DNA of 64,000 nucleotides from Felis catus (lineage: Eukaryota), in the NCBI RefSeq assembly GCF_018350175.1, contig NC_058368.1, positions 57,228,001-57,292,000 of the forward strand, given 5' to 3'. Both the position numbers and the translations under genes were made by a program. Shown piece by piece: positions 1 through 11,489 of the stretch; within the stretch, counting starts at the first letter, position 1; every line of letters starts with the position of its first letter. A model generated the notes under the pieces. It had not been told where the DNA came from and made no database searches. It worked only from the letters and a program-made list of their open reading frames with translations.

Positions 1-844
1 ACAATGTCTAAAATGAATATTTGAATTACAGCAGGACTACATTAAATGAAAGGTTATCACAATTTACTTAAAAAATTAAGTTCAATTCCACTTAGAGGGT
101 TAAGAATTAGAGACAGTTACTGATGGTGAGCTGAATGGTACATGTGGACAAATTGTTCTATGAGGAAAACATGAAATATATTTTATTGTGCTGTCTCTTC
201 AAGGGTTGGACTAAATGCCAAATGTGTGGTGGGAGGTTTTCAGAGATAATCTGATCATCGAGTTGCCCAAAAGTAAGGGTAAACAGGAAACCTTCCTAAA
301 TGGAGTCCAACCTTTGACTACCAAGTAAGAATAGCCCAATCTTCATTTTTGTCTTATTATTGATTATGAAAGCTAATCTTCCTTTGCCAGAAATATTTTC
401 TCTTGGAGGAAAAGAAAAAAAAATCCTTTTGTAACTGATAATGGATATGATTAGTTGCTACTTTCTTATTCAGAAATATGCTTATTAAAGCAAAGACCTT
501 AAGCATTTCAATTTAAAGTTTACATTGTACAATTAGGTCACAAGTTGTTTGTATCCTTTTCCAGACTATTTTTCTCCTGTTTTCAATTGATTTTCATAAG
601 TGAATATTTTGCTAGGTTTTATGTATTGTCTTCTGGTTTGAGGGAAAATGTACAAATATTAAAGATATAACGTTTCATAACTTTCCCACATCAGTTGTCT
701 CTAAAATCAACTTTATACTCAATTTTGAGTAAATCTTCCCTGAATATAGATTATACATTCTGGTTAAACACAACCATGGGCTTAGGTTTTAATTCTATAA
801 AATGGAGTCAATAAAAGACTAATGATGAATTCCAAGTCTGTATT

Positions 845-1815
845 TTCTCCCTAAACTACTCCAGAACTCCACAGTCCCATATCCAACAACGTACCTGGAA
901 TATGTAAATAGGCATCTCAAAGTCATCATGTTCCAAATCCAGCTCTGACACCTAATACTTGCTTCCTCCAGATTTCCCTTCTCAATAAAAGATACCACCA
1001 TCAAATCGTCTGAAAAAAGAAAACACACACACACTCACACATGCACACACACACACTCACGTACAAGTATTTTTTCTACCTTCACTAATGTCTGCTCCAA
1101 TATGGAGTTCTGTTGACACCAAAAGATACCCCCCAGCTGTCCACTTCTGTCCATCTCCCCTCCTGCCTCTATTGTACAAGATATCATCATGTTTATCCCA
1201 AACTCCAACAGCAGCTCTTTGCCTTCGTATAATTCATTCTCACTAAACAAGTCAAAATGGATATTTAAATATACTGCTTGAATCATAACACTTGGCTGCT
1301 TAAAACTCTCTGTTATACTTAAAATCCAAATACTTTGCTATGGCTTATAAGGCATTATCCATTTTCTGTCTCTCCAGTTTCAGCTCTGTCTGTGGTCAGA
1401 TACCAGCCATTCTAGTCTTCTTTCTAGTCCTCAAACATTCCATGCACATTTTAAAATCAGGATGTTTTGTACTTGATGTCTTATTTGCCAGGATCTCTCA
1501 GCTCCAAATCTTCAAATGATTGTCTGTTACCATTTTCACTCACCAGTTCATGCATTATCTCAGATAGAACTTTCATGATCATCCTAAAGAAAAGAGATCA
1601 TCAGCCCCTTTCCTATTTCATTTCATTCATGACTCTTCATTATTCAAATTTATCTTAACTGCTTTTTTTGTTTTGTTTTCTGTAATACCCTATAGAATGT
1701 AAATTCAAGTGAGCAGAAATCTAGTCTGTTTCCTTTAGATTTAGATCCTCTGCGTAAGTACCTGTCATATAGCTGGTAATCAGATGAATACATGAAATAC
1801 ATGTTGAATCAATCA
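845..1815 (+). mobile_element. Ancient LINE-2 (L2) 3' fragment
   Basis: L2-like motifs (aggcatctcaaa...atgttccaaa; aaaatccaaatactttgctatggcttataaggc; tagaatgtaa...) and a gttgaatcaatcaa-type tail. Confidence 0.65.
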
Positions 1816-2633
1816 AAGTAAAATTTCCATCATCCATAGTTGTTTTTCTTTTTTTGTTTTTGCTTTTGTTTTCTGAATTTGTCATGATTAAGATGTATCT
1901 CCCCAACACCAATGCAGTGTTGCCTCCTTAAACAATTGTGTTAGTCTTGACGAATACACTATTATAAAGGCCGTGGTCAAAATATTTCTCAGTCATGGTT
2001 TAAAAACCAGCAAAATAAGGACTGAAATTACTCTTCTTTATATATGTCATACTAGCTTAAGATATTATGAACAAAAAAACCCTGACTTTATAAAAGAAAA
2101 TAACAGTTTCCAATTTGTTCATTTGATTACTCATCAAGTGTGTAAATTGGGCTTTCAGAGATGGAAATCTAACAGGCACCATATTAGCTATCCATGTAAA
2201 AATGCTGGAAAACATGTTCTATGTTAATAAAAAACTTGTGGTATAAATAGTTTTGGGCTAGCCAAAAGTGATGTCACACTTATGCAAATAATGTTCAAAA
2301 GGGCTCTGATCTGACTTTCCTCTTAATTTGATGTTATAAATTTTAAGTTGTAATAGTAACATGACATTCCATGTAATTCATTTCTTGGGGAATATTGCTG
2401 CTTCCAGCTGTTAGTTTCTTGGCTCCAAGTCTTATTCCTCATAACATTACACCATAAGATGTAATACCCTCCTGGAACACCCTGCTTGTTAAGTCTTAAT
2501 GTCTAATTATACCAAATACCATCTGTGACATGAAATTCGATTGTTAAAGAAATGACCATTCTAGTGAAAAATACAAATGTCATAAAACCAAAGTTTTGCT
2601 GAAAAATAACAAAATATAACATTTTCTGACTCC

Positions 2634-2659
2634 AATAATAATAATAATAATAATAATAA
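2634..2659. repeat. (AAT)n microsatellite
   Basis: aataataataataat run. Confidence 0.9.
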
Positions 2660-5600
2660 ACTCTCATTAAAGCATATATTACGACACCAGAAAACATTTA
2701 CTCATTCAGGAAACAGAGGGATTAACAGCATTAAACCCTTTGCTGTGTAATTTCATTTCTTTAGATTTATCTGATAATGAAGTAAACTAGTTTAGATTCA
2801 TTATTTAGGAACCCTGAAAAGTTCACTAACATTAATTTACAATTCCGTGATGACAAATGGTACTTAACCATATTCTGTATAAGCTACCAAAATACAAACT
2901 GGTGCTAAATATATCCAATTAGATAAAGTTAACTGGACTCAGAACTGAATCAGATTAGCTATAGAAATTATGTAACTGAACAGAAATTAGCAAATGATTA
3001 TTATATGATACCATTTCATATATTATACAACAAAATATTTTAGATATAATAATTTAGTCACGTAGGATTACTTGTAACTATAAAAATAATTATTTTAATA
3101 AATAAAAATGCCTGAACTAAAACATGTGGATTCTACTATAGTGTATAGGCAATGACATTGTTTTAAATTCATTCACATTTTGCAATCTTATTATTTTATG
3201 GCAGTGGTACAAAGTTCTTTGTGTGTGTATATATATATTATATTTATAATATATATATTAATATTCAAATCATATTGCTATTATAGTAATGAGCATTACT
3301 TTCTCATATCATGTACAGTTCAAAAACGTTAAAAAGATCTTGATTTAAAAGAGGAAAGTATACAACAGATATCACAGAGTCTGGTAAGAGCTATTATTGT
3401 TTATGGTAACAGTGGCCCTTTACACTCACCTCCCTTTCCTGGGAGGCACAGACTGCTTCTCTGATAGCAGTATGGATTAGCCATTTATCATCTATATTTG
3501 AGGCACTTCTCATTTTTCACTATATATTGACTTTTTCTATCGATATGCTGCAGCTAAACATGTTTCCTTCCTGTATTCTTCTGCCAAGAAATGAAATGGA
3601 ATTAGAAGCAAAGGGAATAAGGCATAGAAGCAAGTAAATGTATGATTTTGCTTCCTGCTTCCTGCATGTTAAACCTTTGGACTATACTACTAAGTAACTG
3701 AATATTAGCTTTCAGTAAACAACACATAGCTATGGGATTATTAGCTTTACAGCACAATTATAAAAGAATATTAATATTTTATTAAAGTGACTAATCTATT
3801 TTATGTATATAAACAACACAAATCAAAGCTAAGAACCAAGGACAACTATTCTGAAATTCTTATGATATCATAAAATACCTTATTAAATTTCCTAAACTTA
3901 TTTGATTTCTCAAACAATTAAAATTAAAAAATGATCATTCACTTATGGTAAAATCGCTTTGTTTCTTTTTAGAGTGATTAGATAAAAAACTCGTAACTGA
4001 AGTTACAAAATTGCAGACATTATTCCCATTTTACAGAAAAAGATATAAAACTAGTGGATAATTAAAGTACTGCTTTCATTTAAAAATATCATTTTAAGAT
4101 TTTCAACTATTTGCATAACAACTAATAAAGCTGATGTGACCATTGCACTTTTCCAAATGGCTAAAAACCTAAACTACTTCAAAGAAAGAAACACAAAATT
4201 TTCTAGTAGTATTCTAAGAATTGCCAATGGTGTACCATTCTACAATTACAAGGATGGATATAGTTCAGCTTTGTAGGTTGTAAATGCCTTGAGGTGAGAA
4301 ATGCCTTATTCTCTTTTCCCAAAAGAGTTTTCCCAGTATTTTTCATATAGCAATTGCCCAATTAATGTTGCCAATTGAATATTTAGGTTCTTACTCATTC
4401 AAAATTCTTTAAACTATTAGATAATTCTTTTCTTGCAAACCTCAGGCAAAGTTCAAGTTGGAAATATAATTATATTTCAAGTATGTGATATAGCATATCA
4501 CAAATAAACGGATGGGAAAGAGTAATTAATTAGATAATTGAGGTCTAAGCCATATACTGTAATTGCTGGTCAGTTGAGGCCAAAGAGTTATATTGGGCTT
4601 CAATAATCAAAGATGATTTCTTCAGTCGTTCATTTCATTATAAAATTTTAGTTCTAAATACTTAATCTGTTTTTTTTTCTTAATGATTCAATTTTTTTGA
4701 CAGCAATTTTGGGTTACAGCAGAGTCAATACTGGTTCAGATTTCAGGATTGCTCTGTTTTTAACATGTGTTTTCATGGAACCATTTAGTGCTATATCTTT
4801 AAGTTTTGATACCAGGAAGAAAGTCCTGAATGTCCTGTGTATTACTTTTTATAACAACAATAATAATATTTTTGGTAAATTTTTAGGAAGAAGAAAATGT
4901 CAGGGGATTATATGAAAATTTTATTTTTAGTCTTCTTCTTATTTTTATGGTTCAGGGCCAAACTGAAGGAAATCCTATACATTAAAAATCTTGAGTATAC
5001 ATTTGTTATATCTACTGACACCATAGAGAGTTTATCTTTTATGAATTAAATAATATGTTGCATTTGAATAATACCTACTAAAATGAAATCTTAATCACAG
5101 TTTATATTTCCATTTTTCTTCAAATAAGCTTACATATTAAAAAATAGTATTTATAAATTAGCTAGCAAAAGAGCTGAATTAGAAACCACTCTGCTTAATA
5201 TTCTACCAACACATTGAAAACACACACTTCCTGTGTTCACCCTTGCAAATTTATCCACCTCTCTGTACATACCAAATAACACTTATTAGCAACCTGGAAA
5301 AAGCTAAATCAACAAACTGTCCTTGGAATTACCAATATAATTTTTAACACATTAAAATGCCTGATAATTCTAATTACATCTGACATAAAAACTATTAAGA
5401 AAGAGAATCCTGTTATGTTAATGTTAGATCAGCTATTCCAGCTTCCTCTGAGTAAACATGTAAAAATGGTTAAACAATAAATTTCTATGGCAACAACTTA
5501 AATTCTAGGATATTCTTAGTTACAGCAGCAACCACAGAAGCTACTACTTTCTTTAAAGCAATGGAACTAAACAACATACCTCCTTTTTTCCTCCTTTTCC

Positions 5601-6339
5601 ATCTGGCAGAACTAAAATCTCTTACTTTGATGAATTAAATATGATTTAATTGGAAACAAGATATCTAAACTAATTCACATGGCAGCTAGTTATATGAACA
5701 TTTTACATAAAGGCAACAACAGTAAGGTAGGCACTTATAAATGAAAGTTATGTGCTAAGACCATATGTATTATGTATCCTGAAAACTAAACTAATACATA
5801 ATATATATTACCTTAAACCAAAACGAACATATATGGTTATATATTAGCTTATATATATAATTGCAATAGAGATACTTTATCAAAATAAAAAATTCTCTAA
5901 ATAATGAATGTTCTTTTACATTAAATCATTGAATACCTTTTCTACATGGATTTTTAACATATATTAGTGTTTATTAAAATATTTGATAATTCTAATATTT
6001 TTAGAACCAATAAATAGAAAATTTAATGATTTTAATTTGTTTAATTGATAAATGCATATAGCAATTCATCTTTTTTCTTTTATGTTGCCTTTTTATACAT
6101 TCTTGGAGAACACACTAAAGTTATCTCCTCTAAATGTAGGGCAATTTTCTTTTGCTGCAAGGCATATTGGAAATATAAAGAGCTACCTATACATACTCAA
6201 TTAAGAAGATACAACTTGGGTTTTTGACTTGTTATAAAGTATTTCTACAGCTCTGTGTACTTTTTAAGGATACTCTTCTTTAAGAGTTTATCCTGCTAAA
6301 TACATATGACCATTCCATTCAAACAATGAGGTTTGGTAG

Positions 6340-6550
6340 GGCAAAGAAAATTGAGTTTAAATACCACTTCAGTATCTACCAGTTACGATCTGAGTTATCG
6401 CTTACTCTCCTCAATTTTCTCATCAGTATAATGGAAATAGCAATATTGTGATACATTATCACAATATTTGTCAAATGTATTTGTGAGGGTTAAATTAAAT
6501 AATTATGTAAACTATTCAGCACATGGCTGGCTCACTCAAAGATGTTAAAG
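6340..6550 (+). mobile_element. MIR SINE fragment
   Basis: MIR core-like ctcaattttctcatcagtataatggaaatagcaata ... gtgagggttaaattaaataattatgtaaa ... cagcacatggctggc. Confidence 0.6.
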
Positions 6551-7049
6551 CAGTATTTAAAAACTAAGTGTACTCTTTAAACTTTGGCCTCTATATCGTA
6601 ATTTATTTTTAATTAGTATGAACAACAGTTCTTGCCCCAGTGAAGACCTTCTAGGAGAAGTTCTAGTTTCCTGACTTAGACTAATCATGTATTGGTTTTA
6701 AACATTACTATCATGCTTCACTAGATATCTTTTAATATCACTTCCCACCAGAGATGTACAATATCTAAATTTAAGGTCATAATATTGCTGAGTATACGGC
6801 TCCTCCCCTCCTCTCCAACTTTTCCATTACAAATAAATCTACTGATTGCTTACAGGGAACCCAGTTGTACTCTCCAAAAAAAGAATTCAGTCCTTGATAA
6901 GAAAAAAATAAATAAATAAACAGCCCATAATATTTGTCAGAGGATAGTAGGTTACAATTTCATCACTATGAAATGCAGTCCACAAACCAAAGAATCAAGA
7001 GAGAAAATGATGAATGGCCTTAGGTATAGTCATGGTTTATAATAAAGAT

Positions 7050-7055
7050 TTTATT
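7050..7055 (-). terminator. Probable distal polyadenylation signal of SLITRK1 (AATAAA)
   Basis: Plus-strand tttatt at 7050-7055. Downstream on the minus strand is ...ATTTTCTCTCTTGATTCTTTGGTTTGTGG (U/GU-rich element, ~6980-7010). Confidence 0.7.
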
Positions 7056-7188
7056 TAAAAACTGTTAAAATAAATAATACATACTCTAGAACATCACTGT
7101 TCTGGGAAATTACTTCTCTTTAGAATATGAGCTCTAGAAGGCAAATCTTACTACTACTGCTCTGGGAGTTTTCATTAGCTGATTTACA

Positions 7189-7191
<3 letters not shown>

Positions 7192-7224
<33 letters not shown>

Positions 7225-7238
7225 CATATATATATATA
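7192..7238. repeat. (TA)n microsatellite inside the SLITRK1 3'UTR
   Basis: Two (TA)n blocks, each preceded by aatca. Confidence 0.9.
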
Positions 7239-8593
7239 CTTTTTTTTAATCTGTGGTCTGCAGTCTTTTAATACACTTCTCCAAGGTGGATATGTGGTGG
7301 AATGCAGACCCCCATCAATATGTGTAGTTTTGCTTGCTGTTTGTCCCTTAACTGCTGATAAATAGACTGCTTAGAAATCCCAGAGGGATATGATTGAGGC
7401 CAGGTTACACTGGCTCATAAAATTCAAACAGTTCAATGCTTTTCTTGTTAATTACTAGGCCACAACCAGAAATCCGAACGATGGGAGAGAAACACTTCTT
7501 TAGGATAATGATTGATTTTCATAAAGATGAGTGCTTTAACAAATTTCAGTATGCAGTTGTTGGGGCGGGGAGGGTGGGTGGGCACTAATTAGTTTTACCG
7601 TTTTCAGCAGATGTTGAATTCAAAACGCCAGCAGCATCTCAAATGCCAGTCATTAGGGCTGTCTTTCATCGAAGAGTGCTGACCAATGAAATCTCCACTC
7701 TGTTTAATGAGACCGATCTAGGCAGAGTCAATTAAATCAAATCTCTACTAACATCCTTAATATATCTGCAGTGTGTGCAGCAGCAGTAGAAGCAGCAGCG
7801 AGGGATTTCCAGTATTAATAAAGGGATTCACTGCCGCATAAGGAGAAGGGGAAAAAGGGGCGGAGGGAGGGAGGGTGTGTTGGGGAAGACCTTGCTTTAC
7901 AGACTGGGGAGAGCTGGAAAAAGCCCGGGTGCGGATGGAGGAGGAGGGGAGCTACGTAAAGGATGAAAAGCTAAGTAAAACGCTTAAAGAGCCTTGATGT
8001 AGTTCTAGAAGGGATCCACCCCCAACCGTCCCCCTCCCCCGTCCCTTCCACCGCAAATCCAATTTACCAGTTGCAAACATGAAGCTGGAAAAATGTAAGG
8101 ACCCAGAGTTGAAAACATTTTCACTTTAATACTGAAAAAATATGCCATTATAAAATCCTCGAATAGAATTAGTAAGTTTCACGTGCTTCCTCGGTTCTTT
8201 TTTCCTACTTTATAAGTAAGATTTACACCAGCACAGAATTGCTACCATAAGATCGCAGCCTAAGCACTAGAATGACATTAATTGGTCATGCTTAACTGCC
8301 TCAAAATCTTTTTTTTTTTAATAATTACACTGATACTATAATAGAAATCATGGGTACTTATTTTACATTCAGATGAAAGGCATTATTGGATATGTCTAGA
8401 AAAATATTCCCCCTCAAAAAAAAATTAAAACATCACCATCAAAATAAAAGAAAGAACCCAAAACAACCCCTAAAAACTCCGCTCAACAAAATACATTTTT
8501 AACTCATAAAATGGACCGATGATTAGCCATGCAAATGTCTTAAATAAAACCTTTACATTTTTTTTTCACAGTAAACGTACGTACGCTCTGAAC

Positions 8594-8601
8594 TGCCTAC
8601 C
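8594..8601 (-). promoter_or_regulatory. miR-24-1-5p (miR-189) seed site; position 8601 orthologous to human SLITRK1 var321
   Basis: The mRNA reads GAUCG-GUAGGCA-G. GUAGGCA matches seed UGCCUAC, and the G at 8601 would wobble-pair with U9 of the miRNA, as described for the human wild-type allele. It lies 715 nt after the stop. Confidence 0.75.
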
Positions 8602-9315
8602 GATCACAAATAATGGTGAAATGGCACTTTCTGATTATACTGTGTTTTGTTTATAGAAAGTTTGATACGATGGGACTTATCAGGTAAGAGGGTGGGTGCT
8701 GTGAACGTGACGCCGTCTCCAGTCGCCGAGGAGGGCAGCGTCCCTGGAGCGCGTGGATTCCATGCGAGCCATGCAGCACTTTTTGTTTTTGTCAGAAGTC
8801 AAAGTTATTTATTTACAATACATTCATGCCTTCGTGCAACTGCCCGTCCCTGCATAGCCAACAGGGAGCCATCACGCCCCCCCCTCCTCACGGGGCTAAT
8901 CCACAGGGGGAAAAATAGATATCTATCTCTCTATATAGATGTGGGGTACACGTATATATGTATAGGACCGCAGCAGACATCCCGGTCAGCCCCAACGCAG
9001 AGGGCTAGTTCTTCGAGCAGGGCCCCTGCTGGGTTTTATCAAAAGGAGCTCGCTGCAAAGAGCGATTTGGCAGCGCTCTCCCAGCTCACCACAGTCTGCT
9101 CTTTGTTTCCAGAAGGGAGCTAAGGGGTCAAACCCTCTCAGCGGAGCGAGTTCACAGTTATTTATTTACTTATGTCCATAAAGCCTTGGGGCGCGCTGGA
9201 CTTGGGTCTGGGCTCCTCTGACCCCTGGGATGCCAGCCGGGTAGGGGATTGGTGGGGGGGGGGGGGGAGGGGGCGCATCGCCTTCCCGCTCCCCTGCTCT
9301 CCCCGGGCTGGGGTC

Positions 9316-11406
9316 TTAGTCTGAGAGTGAGTGGGAGCCACAGTCATATACTCTGTGGGCCCCATCTGCGTTGTAAGGCCCATTGTGCCAGTAGGAAGAG
9401 TCACAGACTGTCTGTAGGGAATTAATTTCGGACGCCGAGGAGTTGGCGTCCCTTCTCTTAGATCGTTTTCTATTCCTCAGGATAAACACGAGCATGCCCA
9501 CTACAGTGAAGGCGGAGGTGACAAACACCAGCAGCAGTCCCGGGACCAACACCGAGATGGACACCCTGCTGGTGTCTAGATAGGAGTTGGAGTGCGTCCC
9601 GGTCTCCGCCAACCCAGTGCTGTTTTTACTGTGCGAAGTTAGCGTGGGCGAGATCCTCGCGTACAGCTGGGGGCAGATCTCGTCATTGGAGAGGAGCATG
9701 AAATCCTTCCTAAAGAAGTTCACCGGCGTCTCACACTTGAGGTCGCTCATCAGCACTTCGGAACCCAGGCGTTCTGCCCATTGCTTAAAAGGCACAATGG
9801 TGCAGGAGCACTCCCAAGGGTTTCCGTGCAGGTCTATCTGGATGATGGAGGTTAACTGGTCCAGTACCCCTGCCACTGGAAGGTACATGAAATAATTGTT
9901 GTGCAGACTGAGCTTAGAGAGCGAGACCCCAGCGAACACGTCCACGGGTAGGGACCTCAGCAAGTTGTTGTTGAGAATGAGGATCCTTAGTTTGGGCATG
10001 GCATTGAAGGTGCCAGGAAGGATGAGCTGGATTGCATTGTACTCCACGTTCAGGTACTCGAGGTTTTGCAGCCCGGCGAATTTCTCCCGGGACAGCGTGT
10101 CCAGGTAATTGCTATCCATATACAGCCACCTGAGGTCCAAAAGGTTCTTAAAAGTGTTGTTCTCTACGGTGGCAATGTTGTTGTTGCCGAGGTCTAACAG
10201 AATGAGATTCTTGTAATCCACAAAGTGCGATTTTCGGATGCTATGTATCTTGTTATCTCGAAGGAAAAGCTCCTGCACATTGGAAAGCTTGGGCTTCAAA
10301 TCAGCCAAGCTGCTCACGTTCCGGTTGTTGCAGTTCATCTTTAAACCCGACCCTGGGATGTGGTCGCAGCTGCAGCCCCCAGGGCAAGGCAAGCCATTGG
10401 TTTGGGGCTTGTTTCTGGCGCCGCCGGTCGCTATCGCAGCAGTGGGTCTTATTTTGATCTGCCAGTTGCCTGGGATCTTTGTACCTCCGTTTGGAGCAGA
10501 CCCTGGGGTGGCATGATCCTCTTGCCCATTTGTCTTGAAAGGAGTTGGCAGGGGGCCAGGAGCGAAGGTCTCTTCTTGGGCAGGGGGCGCCGGGAGACTG
10601 GAATCCACTCTGTTTTTCAAAGGACACAAGTCCTGTTCTGTGGTTTCATTGAGGTCTTTCCCCTGCAGTCTGGTGGGGGCTTCACAGACAACTCGGCCGA
10701 TCAGAGCATTTTTGGGAATGTTTTCCAGCCATTCTTTCAGGGAGAGGAGATCACAGGTGCAGTCCCACGGGTTATCCTCTAGCAGGATCTCAGCAATGCC
10801 AGGGATTTGCTCCAAGACCTCCTCATAGGGCAGCGTTTTCAGCCTGTTTCCCCGGAGGTCGAGGTGGGTGATGGGCACATACTGGAACACGTTGGCAGGT
10901 AGGGTGCTGATGAGATTGTCATTTAAAATGAGTACCTCCAGCTTGTTCAAGTCCTGGAAGGCCCCCGGGTCTATATCCCGTAATAAATTAAAATCGGCCT
11001 GGAGGTATTCCAGATCGTCCAGACCCAGAAAAGTCTGCTTTCGAAAAGATTTGATCTTGTTGTTGTTGATGTGCAGCCTTTTCACCAGCTGCAGCCCCAG
11101 AAAAGCCCCAGGAACGATTTCATGCAAGCCATTGTTTTCCATGTGCAAACTAACCGCATTATAAAAGTTAGCAAACTCATTAGGGAAAAGTCGAGTGAGG
11201 GAATTACCATGCAGAAATAGATGGTAAAACTGGGAAGTCGGGGCGGTGAAACGCTGCAGACTTGTAAAGCCCTTTTTTTCACAGTCTACGTGCAGGTCCC
11301 CTTCTATCTCATTGCAGGAACAGATCTTCTCTTTACAAACGTCCCCTGTAACGTTTCCAGCGGCAAAACAAAGAGACGTCTCCAGCAACAGAATCCAAAG
11401 CAGCAT
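9316..11406 (-). CDS. SLITRK1: SLIT and NTRK-like protein 1 (696 aa; signal peptide, two LRR clusters with LRRNT/LRRCT caps, single TM helix, short cytoplasmic tail)
   Basis: The first in-frame ATG of ORF 9316..11586 is at 11406 (plus-strand cat 11404-11406; context AAAAATGC). It gives [31 protein letters not shown]...GSHSLSD*, 2091 nt, recognisable as mammalian SLITRK1. Contains LxxLxLxxN repeats, NPWxCxC caps and TM segment [25 protein letters not shown]. Confidence 0.99.
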   Translation of the reverse strand: MLLWILLLETSLCFAAGNVTGDVCKEKICSCNEIEGDLHVDCEKKGFTSLQRFTAPTSQFYHLFLHGNSLTRLFPNEFANFYNAVSLHMENNGLHEIVPGAFLGLQLVKRLHINNNKIKSFRKQTFLGLDDLEYLQADFNLLRDIDPGAFQDLNKLEVLILNDNLISTLPANVFQYVPITHLDLRGNRLKTLPYEEVLEQIPGIAEILLEDNPWDCTCDLLSLKEWLENIPKNALIGRVVCEAPTRLQGKDLNETTEQDLCPLKNRVDSSLPAPPAQEETFAPGPLPTPFKTNGQEDHATPGSAPNGGTKIPGNWQIKIRPTAAIATGGARNKPQTNGLPCPGGCSCDHIPGSGLKMNCNNRNVSSLADLKPKLSNVQELFLRDNKIHSIRKSHFVDYKNLILLDLGNNNIATVENNTFKNLLDLRWLYMDSNYLDTLSREKFAGLQNLEYLNVEYNAIQLILPGTFNAMPKLRILILNNNLLRSLPVDVFAGVSLSKLSLHNNYFMYLPVAGVLDQLTSIIQIDLHGNPWECSCTIVPFKQWAERLGSEVLMSDLKCETPVNFFRKDFMLLSNDEICPQLYARISPTLTSHSKNSTGLAETGTHSNSYLDTSRVSISVLVPGLLLVFVTSAFTVVGMLVFILRNRKRSKRRDANSSASEINSLQTVCDSSYWHNGPYNADGAHRVYDCGSHSLSD

Positions 11407-11408
11407 TT

Positions 11409-11489
11409 TTAAAGCGAGCAATTCATCCCCGATCTCATCACAAAGTAACAGCGACCATCCTGCTCGCCACAGACACAATTCAAGTTCAT
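11409..11489 (-). other. Upstream ORF (26 aa, [26 protein letters not shown]) ending 2 nt before the SLITRK1 ATG
   Basis: ATG at 11489 with further in-frame ATGs at 11438 and 11426. TAA ends at 11409, followed by AA and the main ATG at 11406. Translation is not demonstrated. Confidence 0.5.

Larger units (their letters stand above)
7030..9315 (-). other. SLITRK1: SLITRK1 3'UTR (approx. 2.3 kb)
   Basis: Unique sequence with no recognisable transposon downstream of the stop codon. It ends at a minus-strand AATAAA (7050-7055) followed by a U/GU-rich tract. The end position is approximate. Confidence 0.75.

Noticed and set aside
8647..9123. 158-aa plus-strand ORF antisense to the 3'UTR
   Set aside because: TTG start, no recognisable homology, and explained by local GC richness.
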